Origin: Alphaproteobacteria bacterium
GTDB taxonomy: Bacteria > Pseudomonadota > Alphaproteobacteria > UBA2966
Direction: 5' to 3'
Length of the DNA stretch: 64,000 nucleotides
Assembly (NCBI GenBank): GCA_018650465.1
Contig: JABIFY010000103.1
Coordinates: 13,362 to 77,361 of the forward strand
Positions within the stretch are counted from its first letter, which is position 1. Every line of letters starts with the position of its first letter. The position numbers and the translations under genes were made by a program. Positions 1 through 11,176 of this stretch are shown here, piece by piece. The notes below the pieces were generated by a model. The model saw only the letters and a program-made list of their open reading frames with translations. It was not told where the DNA came from and ran no database searches.

Positions 1-1
1 A

Positions 2-337
2 GCCATTGAGGCTTCCGGCATTGACCGCATGGAAAGCCTGGCAGCTGGCATTGACCAGTTTGACCCCTTCAGCGACGAACACGACAACTTTGCCAATGCA
101 ATCCTGGCTGACTCTCATCAGCTGGCATTTGGTGATGATGGCCGTCTTGTCTTGCCTGAAGTTCTGCGCGATTACGCCTCGATCAGTGATCAGGCCGCCT
201 TTGTGGGTCGTGGCCCGACGTTCCAGATTTGGGAGCCCGGTGCTTTCCGTATTGTTCAGGAAGAAGCCCGCGCCAAGGCCCGAGAGCAGCGCAATGCCCT
301 GCGCCTCAAAAAACCCGAAGCAGAGGGCGATCAGTGA
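2..337 (+). CDS. mraZ: Division/cell wall cluster transcriptional regulator MraZ (5' end outside window)
   Basis: D-x-x-GR repeat (DDGRLVLP) and 'VGRGPTFQIWEP' typical of the second SpoVT/AbrB repeat. Frame is open to the window edge and lies directly before rsmH. Confidence 0.9.
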   Translation, partial: AIEASGIDRMESLAAGIDQFDPFSDEHDNFANAILADSHQLAFGDDGRLVLPEVLRDYASISDQAAFVGRGPTFQIWEPGAFRIVQEEARAKAREQRNALRLKKPEAEGDQ

Positions 338-1389
338 TGGCGCAGAAAAAGCGCGGCAACTCACCAACAACCGGGTCGTCAGCCGATCCGGGCACCCCGC
401 AATTACCGGATAACCGTGTCCACAGCCCCGTCTTGCTCTCTGAAGTCCTGAAATCCCTTGCACCCGCCGATGGCGAAGTGATTGTTGATGGCACCTTTGG
501 GGCCGGTGGTTATACCCGCGCCATACTGGACGCCGCCAATTGCAAAGCCTTTGGTATTGATCGCGACCCGGAAGCCATGGCGCGCGGCGCTGTGTTGAGT
601 ACGGAGTATCCTGACCGCCTGACCCTGCTGCAGGGACCCTTTTCAGAGATGGAAAGTCTGCTGGACGGTGTTGGTGTCGCCAAGGTGGCTGGTGTTGTAT
701 TGGACCTGGGTGTTTCCTCGCCGCAACTGGATCAGGCAGAGCGTGGCTTTTCCTTTCGCTTTGATGGCCCGCTCGATATGCGCATGAGTTCTGCCGGGCA
801 ATCAGCCGAGGATGTCGTTAATGCCTTTGGTCTGGATGAACTAACTGAAATCATTCGCAATTTTGGAGAAGAGCGCCACGCCCGCCGAGTGGCCAAGGCC
901 ATTGTTGCGGCCCGTGATGAAAAACCCATTACCCGCACCCTGCAGCTGGCCGATCTGGTTTCCGAGGCCATGCCGCCAATTCGTTATAAAAAAGGCCAGC
1001 CGGTCTCGCGCATTCACCCGGCCACCCGGACTTTTCAGGCCCTGCGTATTTTTGTTAACGATGAGATCGGTGAATTGCGTCGCGGCCTGCTGGCTGCCGA
1101 GCGTTTGCTGGGCGAAGGCGGGCGACTGGTCGTTGTGTCTTTTCATTCGCTGGAAGATCGTGAAGTCAAAAACTTCATGAAAGCACGTTCCGGCTTTGCA
1201 CCGCGTCCGCACCGGCACAGCCCGGCGGCCGAAATAACCGGCCCGGCGGCATCCTTTGAATTGCTAAAGCGTGGCGTGACCAAGCCAACCGATGAAGAAG
1301 CGCAAACCAATCCCCGTGCGCGTTCGGCGCGGTTGCGGGCAGCCCGTCGCACGTCGGCCCCTGTCTGGAATATGGAGGACGCCGCATGA
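337..1389 (+). CDS. rsmH: 16S rRNA m4C1402 methyltransferase RsmH
   Basis: HSPVLL, DGTFGAGGY, DLGVSSPQLD, HPATRTFQALRI, SFHSLED, NPRARSA motifs. Start moved to ATG 337, which overlaps the mraZ stop. Confidence 0.96.
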   Translation: MAQKKRGNSPTTGSSADPGTPQLPDNRVHSPVLLSEVLKSLAPADGEVIVDGTFGAGGYTRAILDAANCKAFGIDRDPEAMARGAVLSTEYPDRLTLLQGPFSEMESLLDGVGVAKVAGVVLDLGVSSPQLDQAERGFSFRFDGPLDMRMSSAGQSAEDVVNAFGLDELTEIIRNFGEERHARRVAKAIVAARDEKPITRTLQLADLVSEAMPPIRYKKGQPVSRIHPATRTFQALRIFVNDEIGELRRGLLAAERLLGEGGRLVVVSFHSLEDREVKNFMKARSGFAPRPHRHSPAAEITGPAASFELLKRGVTKPTDEEAQTNPRARSARLRAARRTSAPVWNMEDAA

Positions 1390-1733
1390 GACGCACTCTC
1401 TCCGTTGCCGCCATCATTCTCACTGCCCTGATGTCCTATGGGCTTTATAATATGAAGTACGAGGTCCGCCGCCTGGAAAGTCGTCTTGCAGAACTACAGC
1501 AGACACTGACGTCCGGACGCCAGGCGGTCAAGGTTTTGCACGCCGAGTGGGCTTACCTTAACCGCCCGGCACGCTTGCAGGATCTCAGTGGCCGCCACCT
1601 TGATTTGCAGCCCGTCCAGGTTGGTCAATTGACCGGTCTGCATGAACTGCCGGTTCGCAGTGAAGAGCCTGGCCAAAAGTTAGCCCAAAAATCGGCGATG
1701 TTGTTGCCAACGGCGGGAGGCAAAACACAATGA
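1386..1733 (+). CDS. ftsL: Cell division protein FtsL
   Basis: Single N-terminal TM helix, coiled coil, alpha-type 'LHAEWAYLNRPARL'. Sits between rsmH and ftsI. Confidence 0.9.
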   Translation: MRRTLSVAAIILTALMSYGLYNMKYEVRRLESRLAELQQTLTSGRQAVKVLHAEWAYLNRPARLQDLSGRHLDLQPVQVGQLTGLHELPVRSEEPGQKLAQKSAMLLPTAGGKTQ

Positions 1734-3466
1734 GTGTTTTTCGCCGCAAGCCCCGCGCCATCGCACCGGTCGCTGAAACCAAATTGCAGTGGTCCGATGA
1801 TGCCGAACAAATTCTTGAAAACGGTCGCAACCGTCTGGTTGTCGTTGGTGCCGTCTTCGCCCTCGCCTTTACCCTGGTCGGCGCGCGCCTGATTGATCTG
1901 GCGGTCCTGCAAGGTCATGACGCCAATCAGACAGCCCTGAACGACGAACAACGTCCCTCTGCCGAGCGGGCAGATATTCTGGATCGCAATGGCGTGGTGC
2001 TGGCCACGAACCTGATCACCGCATCCCTGTTCGCCGAGCCACGTCGGGTGCTGGATGCCGCTGACGCTGCCCGTAAAATTGTTCTGGCCTTGCCCGAACT
2101 GAATGAACAGGAAGTTGAGAAAAAACTTTCCGGTGGCCGGGCCTTTATCTGGCTCAAACGTCACCTGACACCCAAACAGCAACATGATGTGAACGCGCTT
2201 GGTGTGCCGGGCGTGGGCTTCCGCGATGATCGCAAGCGGGTTTATCCGCACGGTAATCTGGTTGCCCATGTGTTGGGCTATACCGGCATCGATAATGAAG
2301 GCCAGGCAGGTATCGAACTGCAATATGACGAGCAGCTTTCGACTGTGACACAAAAGGCCTCCGCGGCCACAAACGGTGATCCCTTGCGCCTCAGTGTTGA
2401 TGTTCGGGTACAGTTTGCCCTGCAACAGGAATTGTCCCGTGCCGTTGAGGAATTTTCAGCGCTTGGTGCCGCTGGTATCGTGCTGGATGCGGTTACTGGC
2501 GAAGTCCTGGCCATGGTTTCCTTACCCGATTTCGATCCCAATCAGGCCCGCACCGCGTCGTCCAACGCCATGTTCAACCGGGCGTCTCTGGGCGTCTATG
2601 AAATGGGCTCGACCTTCAAGGCTTTCACCACGGCCATGGCGCTGGATGCTGGCACGGTAAAGATCGGCGGCGGTTATGACGCCACAAAGCCTTTACGTGT
2701 TGCCCGCTTTACTATTCGCGACGATCACCCCAAAAAGCGTTGGTTGAGTGTACCGGAAATCTTCATCTATTCCTCCAACATCGGGGCCGCCAAAATGGCT
2801 GTCGATGTGGGTGCTGAACGTCAAAAGGAATTTTTGGGGCGTCTTGGTTTGCTGCAACGCGCCGCCCTGGAACTGCCCGAGGTTGGCAGGCCCATTTCGC
2901 CGTCCCGCTGGGGTGAGATCAGCACGATGACCGTGGCTTTCGGTCACGGCATTGCCGTCAGCCCCGTACAACTGACCAGTGCCATGGCAGCCATGGTGAA
3001 CGGTGGCATTCGCATTGATCCAACCCTGATGGCCAAACAACCCATGGACACGCCGCAAGGCACCCGCGTCATTAAAACCCGGACATCGTCCATCATGAAG
3101 CGCTTGATGCGCCTGAATGTAGAAGAAGGTACCGGCAGCAAGGCAAAGGCAGCCGGGTATCTGGTCGGTGGCAAGACAGGTACGGCGGAAAAGGCCGTGG
3201 CCGGTAGTTATCAGCGCAAGGCGTTGTTGTCTTCCTTCATTGGTGCCTTTCCCATGAATGATCCGCGCTACGTCGTGCTGGCGGTCATTGATGAGCCCAA
3301 GGGCACAAAAAAGTCATTTGGTTATGCAGGGGGTGGCTGGACGGCTGCCCCGGTATTTGGTCGCGTGGTTTCGAGAATAGGCCCACTGATGGGTGTGGCA
3401 CCTGTGGACGAAGAAAGTAAATCCGTTCGCAACGCCATGTTTATTCGCGTCAAGGCGGGGGGATAA
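1730..3466 (+). CDS. ftsI: Septal peptidoglycan transpeptidase FtsI (PBP3)
   Basis: RADILDRNG, SxxK (STFK), SxN (SSN), KTG motifs; dcw position. Confidence 0.95.
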   Translation: MSVFRRKPRAIAPVAETKLQWSDDAEQILENGRNRLVVVGAVFALAFTLVGARLIDLAVLQGHDANQTALNDEQRPSAERADILDRNGVVLATNLITASLFAEPRRVLDAADAARKIVLALPELNEQEVEKKLSGGRAFIWLKRHLTPKQQHDVNALGVPGVGFRDDRKRVYPHGNLVAHVLGYTGIDNEGQAGIELQYDEQLSTVTQKASAATNGDPLRLSVDVRVQFALQQELSRAVEEFSALGAAGIVLDAVTGEVLAMVSLPDFDPNQARTASSNAMFNRASLGVYEMGSTFKAFTTAMALDAGTVKIGGGYDATKPLRVARFTIRDDHPKKRWLSVPEIFIYSSNIGAAKMAVDVGAERQKEFLGRLGLLQRAALELPEVGRPISPSRWGEISTMTVAFGHGIAVSPVQLTSAMAAMVNGGIRIDPTLMAKQPMDTPQGTRVIKTRTSSIMKRLMRLNVEEGTGSKAKAAGYLVGGKTGTAEKAVAGSYQRKALLSSFIGAFPMNDPRYVVLAVIDEPKGTKKSFGYAGGGWTAAPVFGRVVSRIGPLMGVAPVDEESKSVRNAMFIRVKAGG

Positions 3467-3470
3467 GACC

Positions 3471-4925
3471 TTGAAGCTATCTGACCTTACAAACATTGAA
3501 ACCAATGGCGCTATGTCAGCTGTCGATATCTGCGGCCTCACCGCCGACAGCCGGGCCGTGCGGCCTGGATTTCTGTTTGCTGCCATCGAAGGCACGCAAA
3601 TCGACGGGCGAAAATACATCCCCGATGCGGTCGGGCACGGCGCGGTCGCAGTGCTCGCACCACCGGGGACAACCACCGATGACCCGCATGTATCGTTGAT
3701 TGCCGACGTTAACCCCCGCCGCCGTCTTGCCTTGATGGCGGCGCGGTTCTTTGAAAAACAGCCGGAAACTATGGTGGCTGTCACGGGCACCAATGGCAAA
3801 ACCTCGGTCGCAAAATTTGTTGAACAAATCTGGCACCACCTTGGTCTCAAGGCTGGTAGCCTCGGCACCCTGGGCGTTCACGGCGATGGATATTGCGCAA
3901 AACTGGAACATACAACACCTGATCCGGTGACTTTGCACCGCCACTTGCGGGCCTTTGCGGACCATGAGATCAATCACGTGGCGCTGGAGGCTTCAAGCCA
4001 TGGCCTCGACCAGTTTCGTCTTGATGGCGTGCGTCTGAAAGCGGCTGCTTTTACCAACCTGTCGCACGATCATTTTGATTATCATGCCAGCGAGGAAGAC
4101 TATCTAGCAGCCAAATCGCGCCTGTTCAGTGAACTGTTGCCGGACGATGGCATTGCCGTACTGAATGCCGATTGTGAACATCAGGGCAAGCTGGTTGAGA
4201 TTGCCAAAGCCCGCGGCTTGAAGATTATTTCCTACGGCTTCCGGGGTTGGGATATCTGTATCAAACGTCGCCGCCCCAGTGGTGATGGCCAGACCCTTGA
4301 TCTGGATGTGCGGGGTAAAAGTTATCGTGTGCAGATGCCGGTAATCGGTGATTTTCAGGCCGAAAACGCGGCCTGTGCCTTGGGACTGGTTCTGGCCAGC
4401 GGCGCCGATCAGGATGCAGCCGTTGAGGCCCTGAACCACTTGCAAGGGGTCACTGGACGTATCGAAAAAGTTATTGACCATCCCAATGGCGCGCCGGTTT
4501 TTGTCGATTTTGCCCACACACCAGACGCTCTTGAAACGGTGCTCAAGGCCTTGAAGCCCCATGCCCGTGATCGCCTGATTGTGGTCTTTGGCTGTGGCGG
4601 CGACCGTGACGCACAAAAGCGCCGTGTGATGGGTGTGGTGGCCTGCCAGTTCGCTGACCTGGTCATTGTCACCGACGATAATCCACGTTTTGAAGATGCC
4701 GCCGCCATTCGTCACGAGGTCATGAATGGTTGCGACCGTGCCATCGAAGTTCGCGACCGGGCCGAAGCCATTCGCGCCGGTGTGGCCGGGCTGAACGAAG
4801 GTGATGTGTTGGTGATCGCTGGCAAGGGCCACGAAAGCGGCCAGATTATTCGCGACGAAGTGTTGCCCTTTAACGACGCAGAACAAGCGCGCATGGCCGT
4901 TACTGAAGTTGGAGGCAGTCACTGA
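3471..4925 (+). CDS. murE: UDP-MurNAc-dipeptide:meso-DAP ligase MurE
   Basis: GTNGKT P-loop, TTPDP, EASSH, DFAHTPD, DNPR (meso-DAP specificity), AGKGHE. TTG start at 3471 chosen after the ftsI stop. Confidence 0.95.
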   Translation: MKLSDLTNIETNGAMSAVDICGLTADSRAVRPGFLFAAIEGTQIDGRKYIPDAVGHGAVAVLAPPGTTTDDPHVSLIADVNPRRRLALMAARFFEKQPETMVAVTGTNGKTSVAKFVEQIWHHLGLKAGSLGTLGVHGDGYCAKLEHTTPDPVTLHRHLRAFADHEINHVALEASSHGLDQFRLDGVRLKAAAFTNLSHDHFDYHASEEDYLAAKSRLFSELLPDDGIAVLNADCEHQGKLVEIAKARGLKIISYGFRGWDICIKRRRPSGDGQTLDLDVRGKSYRVQMPVIGDFQAENAACALGLVLASGADQDAAVEALNHLQGVTGRIEKVIDHPNGAPVFVDFAHTPDALETVLKALKPHARDRLIVVFGCGGDRDAQKRRVMGVVACQFADLVIVTDDNPRFEDAAAIRHEVMNGCDRAIEVRDRAEAIRAGVAGLNEGDVLVIAGKGHESGQIIRDEVLPFNDAEQARMAVTEVGGSH

Positions 4926-6343
4926 TGCCAGCTGATTCCATCTGGACAAAGAACGAAGCCTGTGTCGCCACCGGTGGTCAATGCGAAATGAACTGGGTTG
5001 CCCAGGGTGTTTCCATCGACAGCCGTACGGTTGCCTGGGGCGATTTGTTCATTGCCCTGGTGGGTCCCAATATGGATGGTCACAAGTTTTTGGCCCAGGC
5101 CTTTAAACGCGGTGCCGTGGCCGCTGTTGTTTCGCAGATTCCGGAAGATGCCGATTCTTCCTGGCCTTTGCTGATGGTCGATGATACTCAAACCGCCCTT
5201 GAAGGGCTTGGTGTCTTTGCCCGCGACCGGGTCGGCGCCCATATCTGTGCCGTCACTGGCAGTGTCGGCAAGACCGGCACCAAGGAAGCCCTGCGTCAGA
5301 CCCTGGAACGCTCTGGCTCCACCCACGCCAGTGTTGCCAGTTACAACAATCTTTGGGGTGTGCCGTTGTCGCTGGCACGGATGCCGCGTGATGCGGCCTA
5401 TGCCATCTTTGAGATCGGCATGAACCATGCCGGAGAGATTTCTCCCCTCAGCCGTATGGTGCGCCCGCATGTGGTTATCGTCACAACGGTTGAAGCCACA
5501 CATCTTGAGTATTTTGACGGTGTCGAAGGCATCGCCGACGCCAAGGCCGAAGTCTTTGACGGCCTGGAGCCAGGTGGTGTCGCGATCCTGAACAAGGACA
5601 ACGACCAGTTTGATCGTCTGCAAAAGGCCGCTTTGAGTCACGGCGCCCGCGTGGTTTCCTTTGGCGAAAACACGATTGCAGATGTGCATCTGGATCGCCT
5701 CGCCCTGCATCCAAACTGTTCTTGTGTATCGGCCCATATTGGCGAGACACAGGCGACTTACAAAATCGGCATGCCGGGTCATCACTGGGCCACAAACAGC
5801 CTGGCTGTTTTGGCTGCCGTCGATGCCTTGGGCGCAGACATCGGCTTGGCCACCATGGCCCTGGCCGCGATGACCGCACCCGACGGACGCGGACGGCGTC
5901 ACCGTATCACGATGCCAAACGGGGCCTTTGACCTGATTGACGACAGCTATAATGCCTCGCCGGTTTCCATGCGCGCTGCCTTGCACGTTCTGGCCGGTGC
6001 CACGGTGCTGACCGGCGGGCGGCGTATCGCGGTGCTGGGCGAGATGAAAGAACTGGGGCCAACAGCTGCCCATATGCACACCGAACTGGCTGCTGATGTC
6101 GAGGCCGCAGAAATTGATCTGGTGATTACCTCGGGCGAGATGATGCAGGGCTTGCATGATGCTCTGCCAGGAAACATGCGCAGCGGCCATTGCGACAATT
6201 CGGTTGACGCTGCGGATAAGGCGGTTGATGCGATCCGGCCAGGTGACGTCATCCTGGTGAAGGGGTCGCTGGCCAGTGGTATGGCACGTGTTGTCGAAGG
6301 GTTGTTGGCGCTGGAAGCCGCACCCCGTGTTGTGAACGGGTAG
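4925..6343 (+). CDS. murF: UDP-MurNAc-tripeptide:D-Ala-D-Ala ligase MurF
   Basis: [34 protein letters not shown] motifs. Confidence 0.95.
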   Translation: MPADSIWTKNEACVATGGQCEMNWVAQGVSIDSRTVAWGDLFIALVGPNMDGHKFLAQAFKRGAVAAVVSQIPEDADSSWPLLMVDDTQTALEGLGVFARDRVGAHICAVTGSVGKTGTKEALRQTLERSGSTHASVASYNNLWGVPLSLARMPRDAAYAIFEIGMNHAGEISPLSRMVRPHVVIVTTVEATHLEYFDGVEGIADAKAEVFDGLEPGGVAILNKDNDQFDRLQKAALSHGARVVSFGENTIADVHLDRLALHPNCSCVSAHIGETQATYKIGMPGHHWATNSLAVLAAVDALGADIGLATMALAAMTAPDGRGRRHRITMPNGAFDLIDDSYNASPVSMRAALHVLAGATVLTGGRRIAVLGEMKELGPTAAHMHTELAADVEAAEIDLVITSGEMMQGLHDALPGNMRSGHCDNSVDAADKAVDAIRPGDVILVKGSLASGMARVVEGLLALEAAPRVVNG

Positions 6344-6350
6344 GGCCGGT

Positions 6351-7436
6351 ATGTTTCTTTATCTATTTCAATATGCTGATCAGTTCCCGGTCCTGAACTT
6401 GTTCCGTTATCTGACTTTTCGGGCGGGTGGTGCAGTAATGACAGCCCTGTTGGTGGCTTTCGTCTTTGGCCCCATGGTGATCCGCTGGTTGAAATCAAAA
6501 CAAACCAACGGCCAGCCGATCCGGGATTGTGGACCCCAAAGCCACATCGTTAAAAAGCAGGGGACGCCAACCATGGGCGGCTTTCTGATCTTGCTGGCCC
6601 TGACGCTTGCAACCTTGTTGTGGGCTGATCTGAATAACCCTTACGTCTGGGCTGTGATGATGGTCACCCTGGGTTTCGGCGTTATTGGCTTTGCCGACGA
6701 CTATCAAAAAGTCACCCAGTCCAATCACCGCGGTGTGTCCGGCAAACTTAAACTGATGCTGGAAATTGCCGTCGCCGGTCTGGCCGCCTGGTGGATTTAT
6801 ACTGTAACACCGCAGCCGCTGTCCGGTGGCCTGGCTATTCCATTCCTCAAAGACCTGCTGGTGCCCCTGGGTTGGCTGGCAATACCGTTTGCCATTTTCG
6901 TCATGTTGGGCGCCTCCAATTCTGTCAACCTGACGGACGGCCTGGATGGTTTGGCCATTGTGCCGGTGATCATTGCCGCAGGCACGTTCGGCTTCATCGC
7001 TTACCTGGTTGGCAACTCGGTCTTCGCCAATTACCTGCAACTGCATGCCGTGCCCGGTGCTGGCGAGCTGGTGGTTATTTGCGGTGCCCTGGTGGGTGCC
7101 GGCCTCGGTTTTCTCTGGTTCAACGCGCCCCCGGCCATGATTTTCATGGGCGACACAGGCAGCCTGGCCCTGGGCGGAACCCTGGGTGCCATCAGTGTTG
7201 TTATCAAACATGAACTGGTGCTGGCCATTGTCGGTGGTTTGTTCGTTCTGGAAACAGTTTCGGTCATCGTTCAGGTCGCGTCTTTCAAACTGACCGGCAA
7301 GCGCGTCTTCCGCATGGCGCCGCTACACCACCATTTCGAGGAAAAGGGTTGGGCCGAAAGCACCGTCGTGATTCGCTTCTGGATTATCGCCGTCATCCTG
7401 GCCCTGGTCGGCCTGGCAACGTTGAAGTTGAGGTAG
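6351..7436 (+). CDS. mraY: Phospho-MurNAc-pentapeptide transferase MraY
   Basis: [11 protein letters not shown] motif, [25 protein letters not shown]; polytopic membrane protein. Confidence 0.97.
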   Translation: MFLYLFQYADQFPVLNLFRYLTFRAGGAVMTALLVAFVFGPMVIRWLKSKQTNGQPIRDCGPQSHIVKKQGTPTMGGFLILLALTLATLLWADLNNPYVWAVMMVTLGFGVIGFADDYQKVTQSNHRGVSGKLKLMLEIAVAGLAAWWIYTVTPQPLSGGLAIPFLKDLLVPLGWLAIPFAIFVMLGASNSVNLTDGLDGLAIVPVIIAAGTFGFIAYLVGNSVFANYLQLHAVPGAGELVVICGALVGAGLGFLWFNAPPAMIFMGDTGSLALGGTLGAISVVIKHELVLAIVGGLFVLETVSVIVQVASFKLTGKRVFRMAPLHHHFEEKGWAESTVVIRFWIIAVILALVGLATLKLR

Positions 7437-7440
7437 GGGA

Positions 7441-8889
7441 ATGATCGAAGTCACCACCTTCGCCAATGCCCATGTGGCTGTTTTTGGACTGGGACGTTCC
7501 GGTCTGGCGACAGTGCATGCGCTGAAGGCAGGCGGGGCCGAGGTTTGCGCCTGGGACGACAGCCCGGAACGCCGTGACGAAGCTGCCGACGCAGGGATTG
7601 ATCTGGCTGATCTTTACAGTGCGGACTGGAAAAAAATGGCGGCCCTGATCCTCAGCCCTGGTGTGCCGCTAACTCACCCTGAGCCGCATTGGGTCGTGCG
7701 CATGGCGCGTGCCGAGGCTTGCGAAGTCATCGGCGATGTTGAACTTTTTGCCCGCGAAAAATTACCGAACCAGATTGCGGCCATTACCGGCACCAACGGC
7801 AAGTCTACCACCACGGCCTTGACCGGTCATGTGCTGGAAAGTTGCGGACGCCCAGTGGCGACCGGTGGTAATCTCGGCACCCCGGTTCTGGAATTGCCGC
7901 GCCTGCCCGATGGTGGCGTCTATGTCATCGAAATGTCGTCTTACCAAATTGATCTAACACCTTCACTTGACCCTGACGTGGCCGTCTTGCTGAACCTTAG
8001 CCCCGATCACATTGACCGGCATGGTGACATGGCGGGTTATATCGGTGTGAAAAGCGGCATGCTGGAGCGCCAGTCTGCAGATAAAACAGCTATCGTCGGC
8101 ATGGACGACAAGGATAGTGTCGGTATTTTTGACAAACTGAACAGCACTGGCCGCAAAAATATTGTGCCGGTTTCAGTGACGACACCGCCCAATGAACGCG
8201 CCCGACAGCAAGGTTATGTTGTTGAGGATGGAGTGATCTCCAGCCAATTAGACGGCAAGTCTGAAGCGCTGGTGGATCTCTTCGGTGCGGCTAATCTGAT
8301 CGGCGTTCACAATTGGCAAAATGCGGCAATGGCCCTGGCATCGGCGACGGCACTTGGCTGTCCGGTCTACGACGCCGCAGCGTCATTGCTCAGCTTTCCG
8401 GGTCTTGCCCATCGCATGGAATATGTGGGCCGCATTGGCAACATTCGCTTTATCAATGACAGCAAGGCGACCAACGCCGAAGCCACATCCCGCGCCCTTG
8501 CCTGTTTTGACCGCATCATCTGGATTGCAGGTGGGCGCCCCAAAGAAGGCGGTATCGAAGCCTTGCGCCCTGAATTCCATCGCATTGCCTATGCTTATCT
8601 TATTGGTGAAGCGGCTGGCGATTTTGCCCAAACCCTGGAAGGTGAAGTGCCTTTCACGATTGCCGAAACCCTTGATGAAGCAGTCGCGCTGGCCGCAGAA
8701 CGGGCGACGGAAGAAGCGGCCTGCCTGGGCGGGGACGCCATGCCGGATACGGCGGTGTTGTTGTCACCGGCAGCAGCCTCCTTTGATCAATTCGCAAATT
8801 TTGAACTTCGCGGCAACCGTTTTCGGGATTTGGTGGCGGGTCTGTCTTTGTTGCATCGTGACGAGATTGCAGTTGGGGGCCGGGTATGA
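7441..8889 (+). CDS. murD: UDP-MurNAc-L-Ala:D-Glu ligase MurD
   Basis: GLGRSG, SPGVP, TGTNGKST, NDSKATN, LLSPAAASFDQF. Confidence 0.96.
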   Translation: MIEVTTFANAHVAVFGLGRSGLATVHALKAGGAEVCAWDDSPERRDEAADAGIDLADLYSADWKKMAALILSPGVPLTHPEPHWVVRMARAEACEVIGDVELFAREKLPNQIAAITGTNGKSTTTALTGHVLESCGRPVATGGNLGTPVLELPRLPDGGVYVIEMSSYQIDLTPSLDPDVAVLLNLSPDHIDRHGDMAGYIGVKSGMLERQSADKTAIVGMDDKDSVGIFDKLNSTGRKNIVPVSVTTPPNERARQQGYVVEDGVISSQLDGKSEALVDLFGAANLIGVHNWQNAAMALASATALGCPVYDAAASLLSFPGLAHRMEYVGRIGNIRFINDSKATNAEATSRALACFDRIIWIAGGRPKEGGIEALRPEFHRIAYAYLIGEAAGDFAQTLEGEVPFTIAETLDEAVALAAERATEEAACLGGDAMPDTAVLLSPAAASFDQFANFELRGNRFRDLVAGLSLLHRDEIAVGGRV

Positions 8890-10010
8890 TTGGTCCCGCG
8901 CGCACAGATACTTCACTTGTCGGCCGCTGGTGGTGGACGGTTGATCGCTGGTCACTTGTCGCCCTCGGCGCTTTGCTGGCAGCAGGTGCCTTGTTGGTTA
9001 TGGCCGCTAGTCCGGCTGTGGCCGAACGCATTGGTCTGGATAGTTTTCACTTTGTCCGTCGCCAGGTTGTCTATCTTGTCCCGGCGATCGGTGTGATGAT
9101 TTTGGTCTCGCTATCGTCACCCTTGACTGTGCGTCGCCTGGCGACCATTGGCTTTGCCGTGACAATTGCGCTGATGATCCTGACCTTGCTGGTGGGCAAT
9201 GAAGTCAAAGGGGCGCAGCGCTGGTTATCTCTTGCCGGATTTGTCATCCAGCCCTCGGAATTTATCAAACCGTTCTTTGCAGTCGTGGCCGCCTGGATGT
9301 TTGCCGAGCAACAGCGTGGTGAAGGTTTTCCCGGCTATCTGGTTTCCACCTTGATGATGGCGGTTGTCTGCACCTTGCTGGTCATGCAGCCGGACTTTGG
9401 CATGACAGTTGTTGTTGCCGCCGTCTGGTTCACGCAATTCTTCATGGCTGGCATGCCCATGACCTGGATCATTGTTATGGGTTTTGCCGGGATCGCCGGT
9501 TTGGCCGCGGCCTATGCCTTATTGCCCCACGTGGCCAGCCGCATTGATCGTTTTCTTGATCCTTCCAGCGGCGACAGCTTCCAGGTTGATACAGCTCTGT
9601 CTGCTTTCCGCACCGGTGGTTTGACCGGACGGGGGCCCGGAGAAGGGACCGTCAAAGGTATTTTGCCCGACGCTCACACAGATTTTATTTTTGCCGTCGC
9701 CGGAGAAGAATTTGGCCTGATCGCTTGCCTGGTTCTGGTGGCCTTGTTTGCTTTTGTCGTCTTGCGTGGCTTCAGCCGCATGCTGATGGAACGTAACGCC
9801 TTTGTCATGCTGGCTGCCGCTGGCTTGCTGGTGCAGTTCGGCATTCAGGCCTTTGTAAACATGGGCGTAAATCTTCGTTTGCTGCCTGCCAAAGGCATGA
9901 CGCTACCCTTTGTCTCATACGGTGGCTCATCCTTGCTGGCGCTGGCCATCGGCATGGGCATGGTTCTGGCTCTGACCCGCAAACGTCCAGGTTCGGGGTT
10001 AGTTGGATGA
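8886..10010 (+). CDS. ftsW: Septal peptidoglycan glycosyltransferase FtsW
   Basis: SEDS motifs GAQRW, QPSEF, QPDFG, HTDFIF, GMTLPFVSYGGSS. Confidence 0.96.
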   Translation: MIGPARTDTSLVGRWWWTVDRWSLVALGALLAAGALLVMAASPAVAERIGLDSFHFVRRQVVYLVPAIGVMILVSLSSPLTVRRLATIGFAVTIALMILTLLVGNEVKGAQRWLSLAGFVIQPSEFIKPFFAVVAAWMFAEQQRGEGFPGYLVSTLMMAVVCTLLVMQPDFGMTVVVAAVWFTQFFMAGMPMTWIIVMGFAGIAGLAAAYALLPHVASRIDRFLDPSSGDSFQVDTALSAFRTGGLTGRGPGEGTVKGILPDAHTDFIFAVAGEEFGLIACLVLVALFAFVVLRGFSRMLMERNAFVMLAAAGLLVQFGIQAFVNMGVNLRLLPAKGMTLPFVSYGGSSLLALAIGMGMVLALTRKRPGSGLVG

Positions 10011-11176
10011 CCTCAATCAATCAAACAGGTCCTGTGATTCTTGCCGCGGGTGGCACCGGTGGACACCTCTTTCCGGCAGAAGCCCTGGCGGGTGAACTGA
10101 TGGCGCGGGGTCGCGACGTCATGTTGGTGACGGATACGCGCGGTGATACTCACACGGCATCTGTCGATAGCCCCCTGGCCCGCATTGAACGCTTTGTTGT
10201 GCGGGCAGGCACCGTTTCAGGGCAGTCCGCTTTTGGTAAAATCAAGGGTTTGATCGAACTGGTTGCGGGGTTCTGGCAAGCCAGGGCTTTGCTGGCCCGA
10301 TTGCAGCCTTCAGTTGTTGTTGGCTTTGGTGGTTATCCATCCTTGCCCACCATGTTGGCCGCCACCCGACGCGGCACACCAGCCATCTTGCACGAACAAA
10401 ATGCCGTTCTGGGGCGGGTCAATCGCGTGCTGGCACCGCGTGTGAATGCTATTGCCGTGGCCTTTACCGATACGGCCAAACTGGAACCAGGTGATTTCGC
10501 CAAGGTCAAGGTCGTAGGTAATCCGGTGCGGGCCGCTGTGCGGGCAGTTCGCGGAAAACCCTATCCAGTACCTGAAGTCGGCGGCGCTTTTAATATTCTG
10601 GTATTGGGTGGCAGTCAGGGGGCAACCGTGTTGTCCGATGTTGTGCCCGTCGCCTTAAGCCAGTTGCCGGACGAGTTGAAACACCGCTTGCATATTACCC
10701 AGCAATGTCGGCCGGAAGATCTCGACCGGGTTCGCCAAATCTACGCCGAAGCCGGATTGCAAACCGACCTTGCAACATTTTTTGATGATGTGCCGGCCCG
10801 CCTGGCTGAAACCCATTTGATTGTGTCCCGCGCAGGCGCATCGACAGTAAGTGAAGCTGCCGTGGCCGGGCGTCCGGCCCTGTTGGTGCCTTATCCGCAC
10901 GCAACCGATGATCATCAAACCGGCAACGCAAAAGCCTTTGTGGAGCCAGGCGCTGGCTGGATGGCCCCACAGCAGTCTTTCACCAAACAATTTGTTGCCG
11001 ACACCATAACCGATCTGATGGCTCATCCTGAAAAATTGACAGATGCCGCCGCCAGTGCACTGAACGTTGGTCGGGCAGATTCTGCTCCACGTCTGGCTGA
11101 TCTGGTTGAAAGCCTGATCCGTGAAGGCAATGGCGCAAACGGTGGCAGTTCTTCACCTCAGGAGGAAGCCGCATGA
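10007..11176 (+). CDS. murG: Lipid II GlcNAc transferase MurG
   Basis: GGTGGH, GFGGY, HEQN, GNPVR, GGSQGA, RAGAST, DDHQ. Confidence 0.96.
   Translation: MTSINQTGPVILAAGGTGGHLFPAEALAGELMARGRDVMLVTDTRGDTHTASVDSPLARIERFVVRAGTVSGQSAFGKIKGLIELVAGFWQARALLARLQPSVVVGFGGYPSLPTMLAATRRGTPAILHEQNAVLGRVNRVLAPRVNAIAVAFTDTAKLEPGDFAKVKVVGNPVRAAVRAVRGKPYPVPEVGGAFNILVLGGSQGATVLSDVVPVALSQLPDELKHRLHITQQCRPEDLDRVRQIYAEAGLQTDLATFFDDVPARLAETHLIVSRAGASTVSEAAVAGRPALLVPYPHATDDHQTGNAKAFVEPGAGWMAPQQSFTKQFVADTITDLMAHPEKLTDAAASALNVGRADSAPRLADLVESLIREGNGANGGSSSPQEEAA

Noticed and set aside
4919..6190. Long antisense ORFs (423 aa here; also 11443-12429, 20420-21286, 28367-29470, 34390-35277)
   Set aside because: They are shadows of well-conserved genes on the opposite strand in GC-rich DNA and carry no recognisable motifs.
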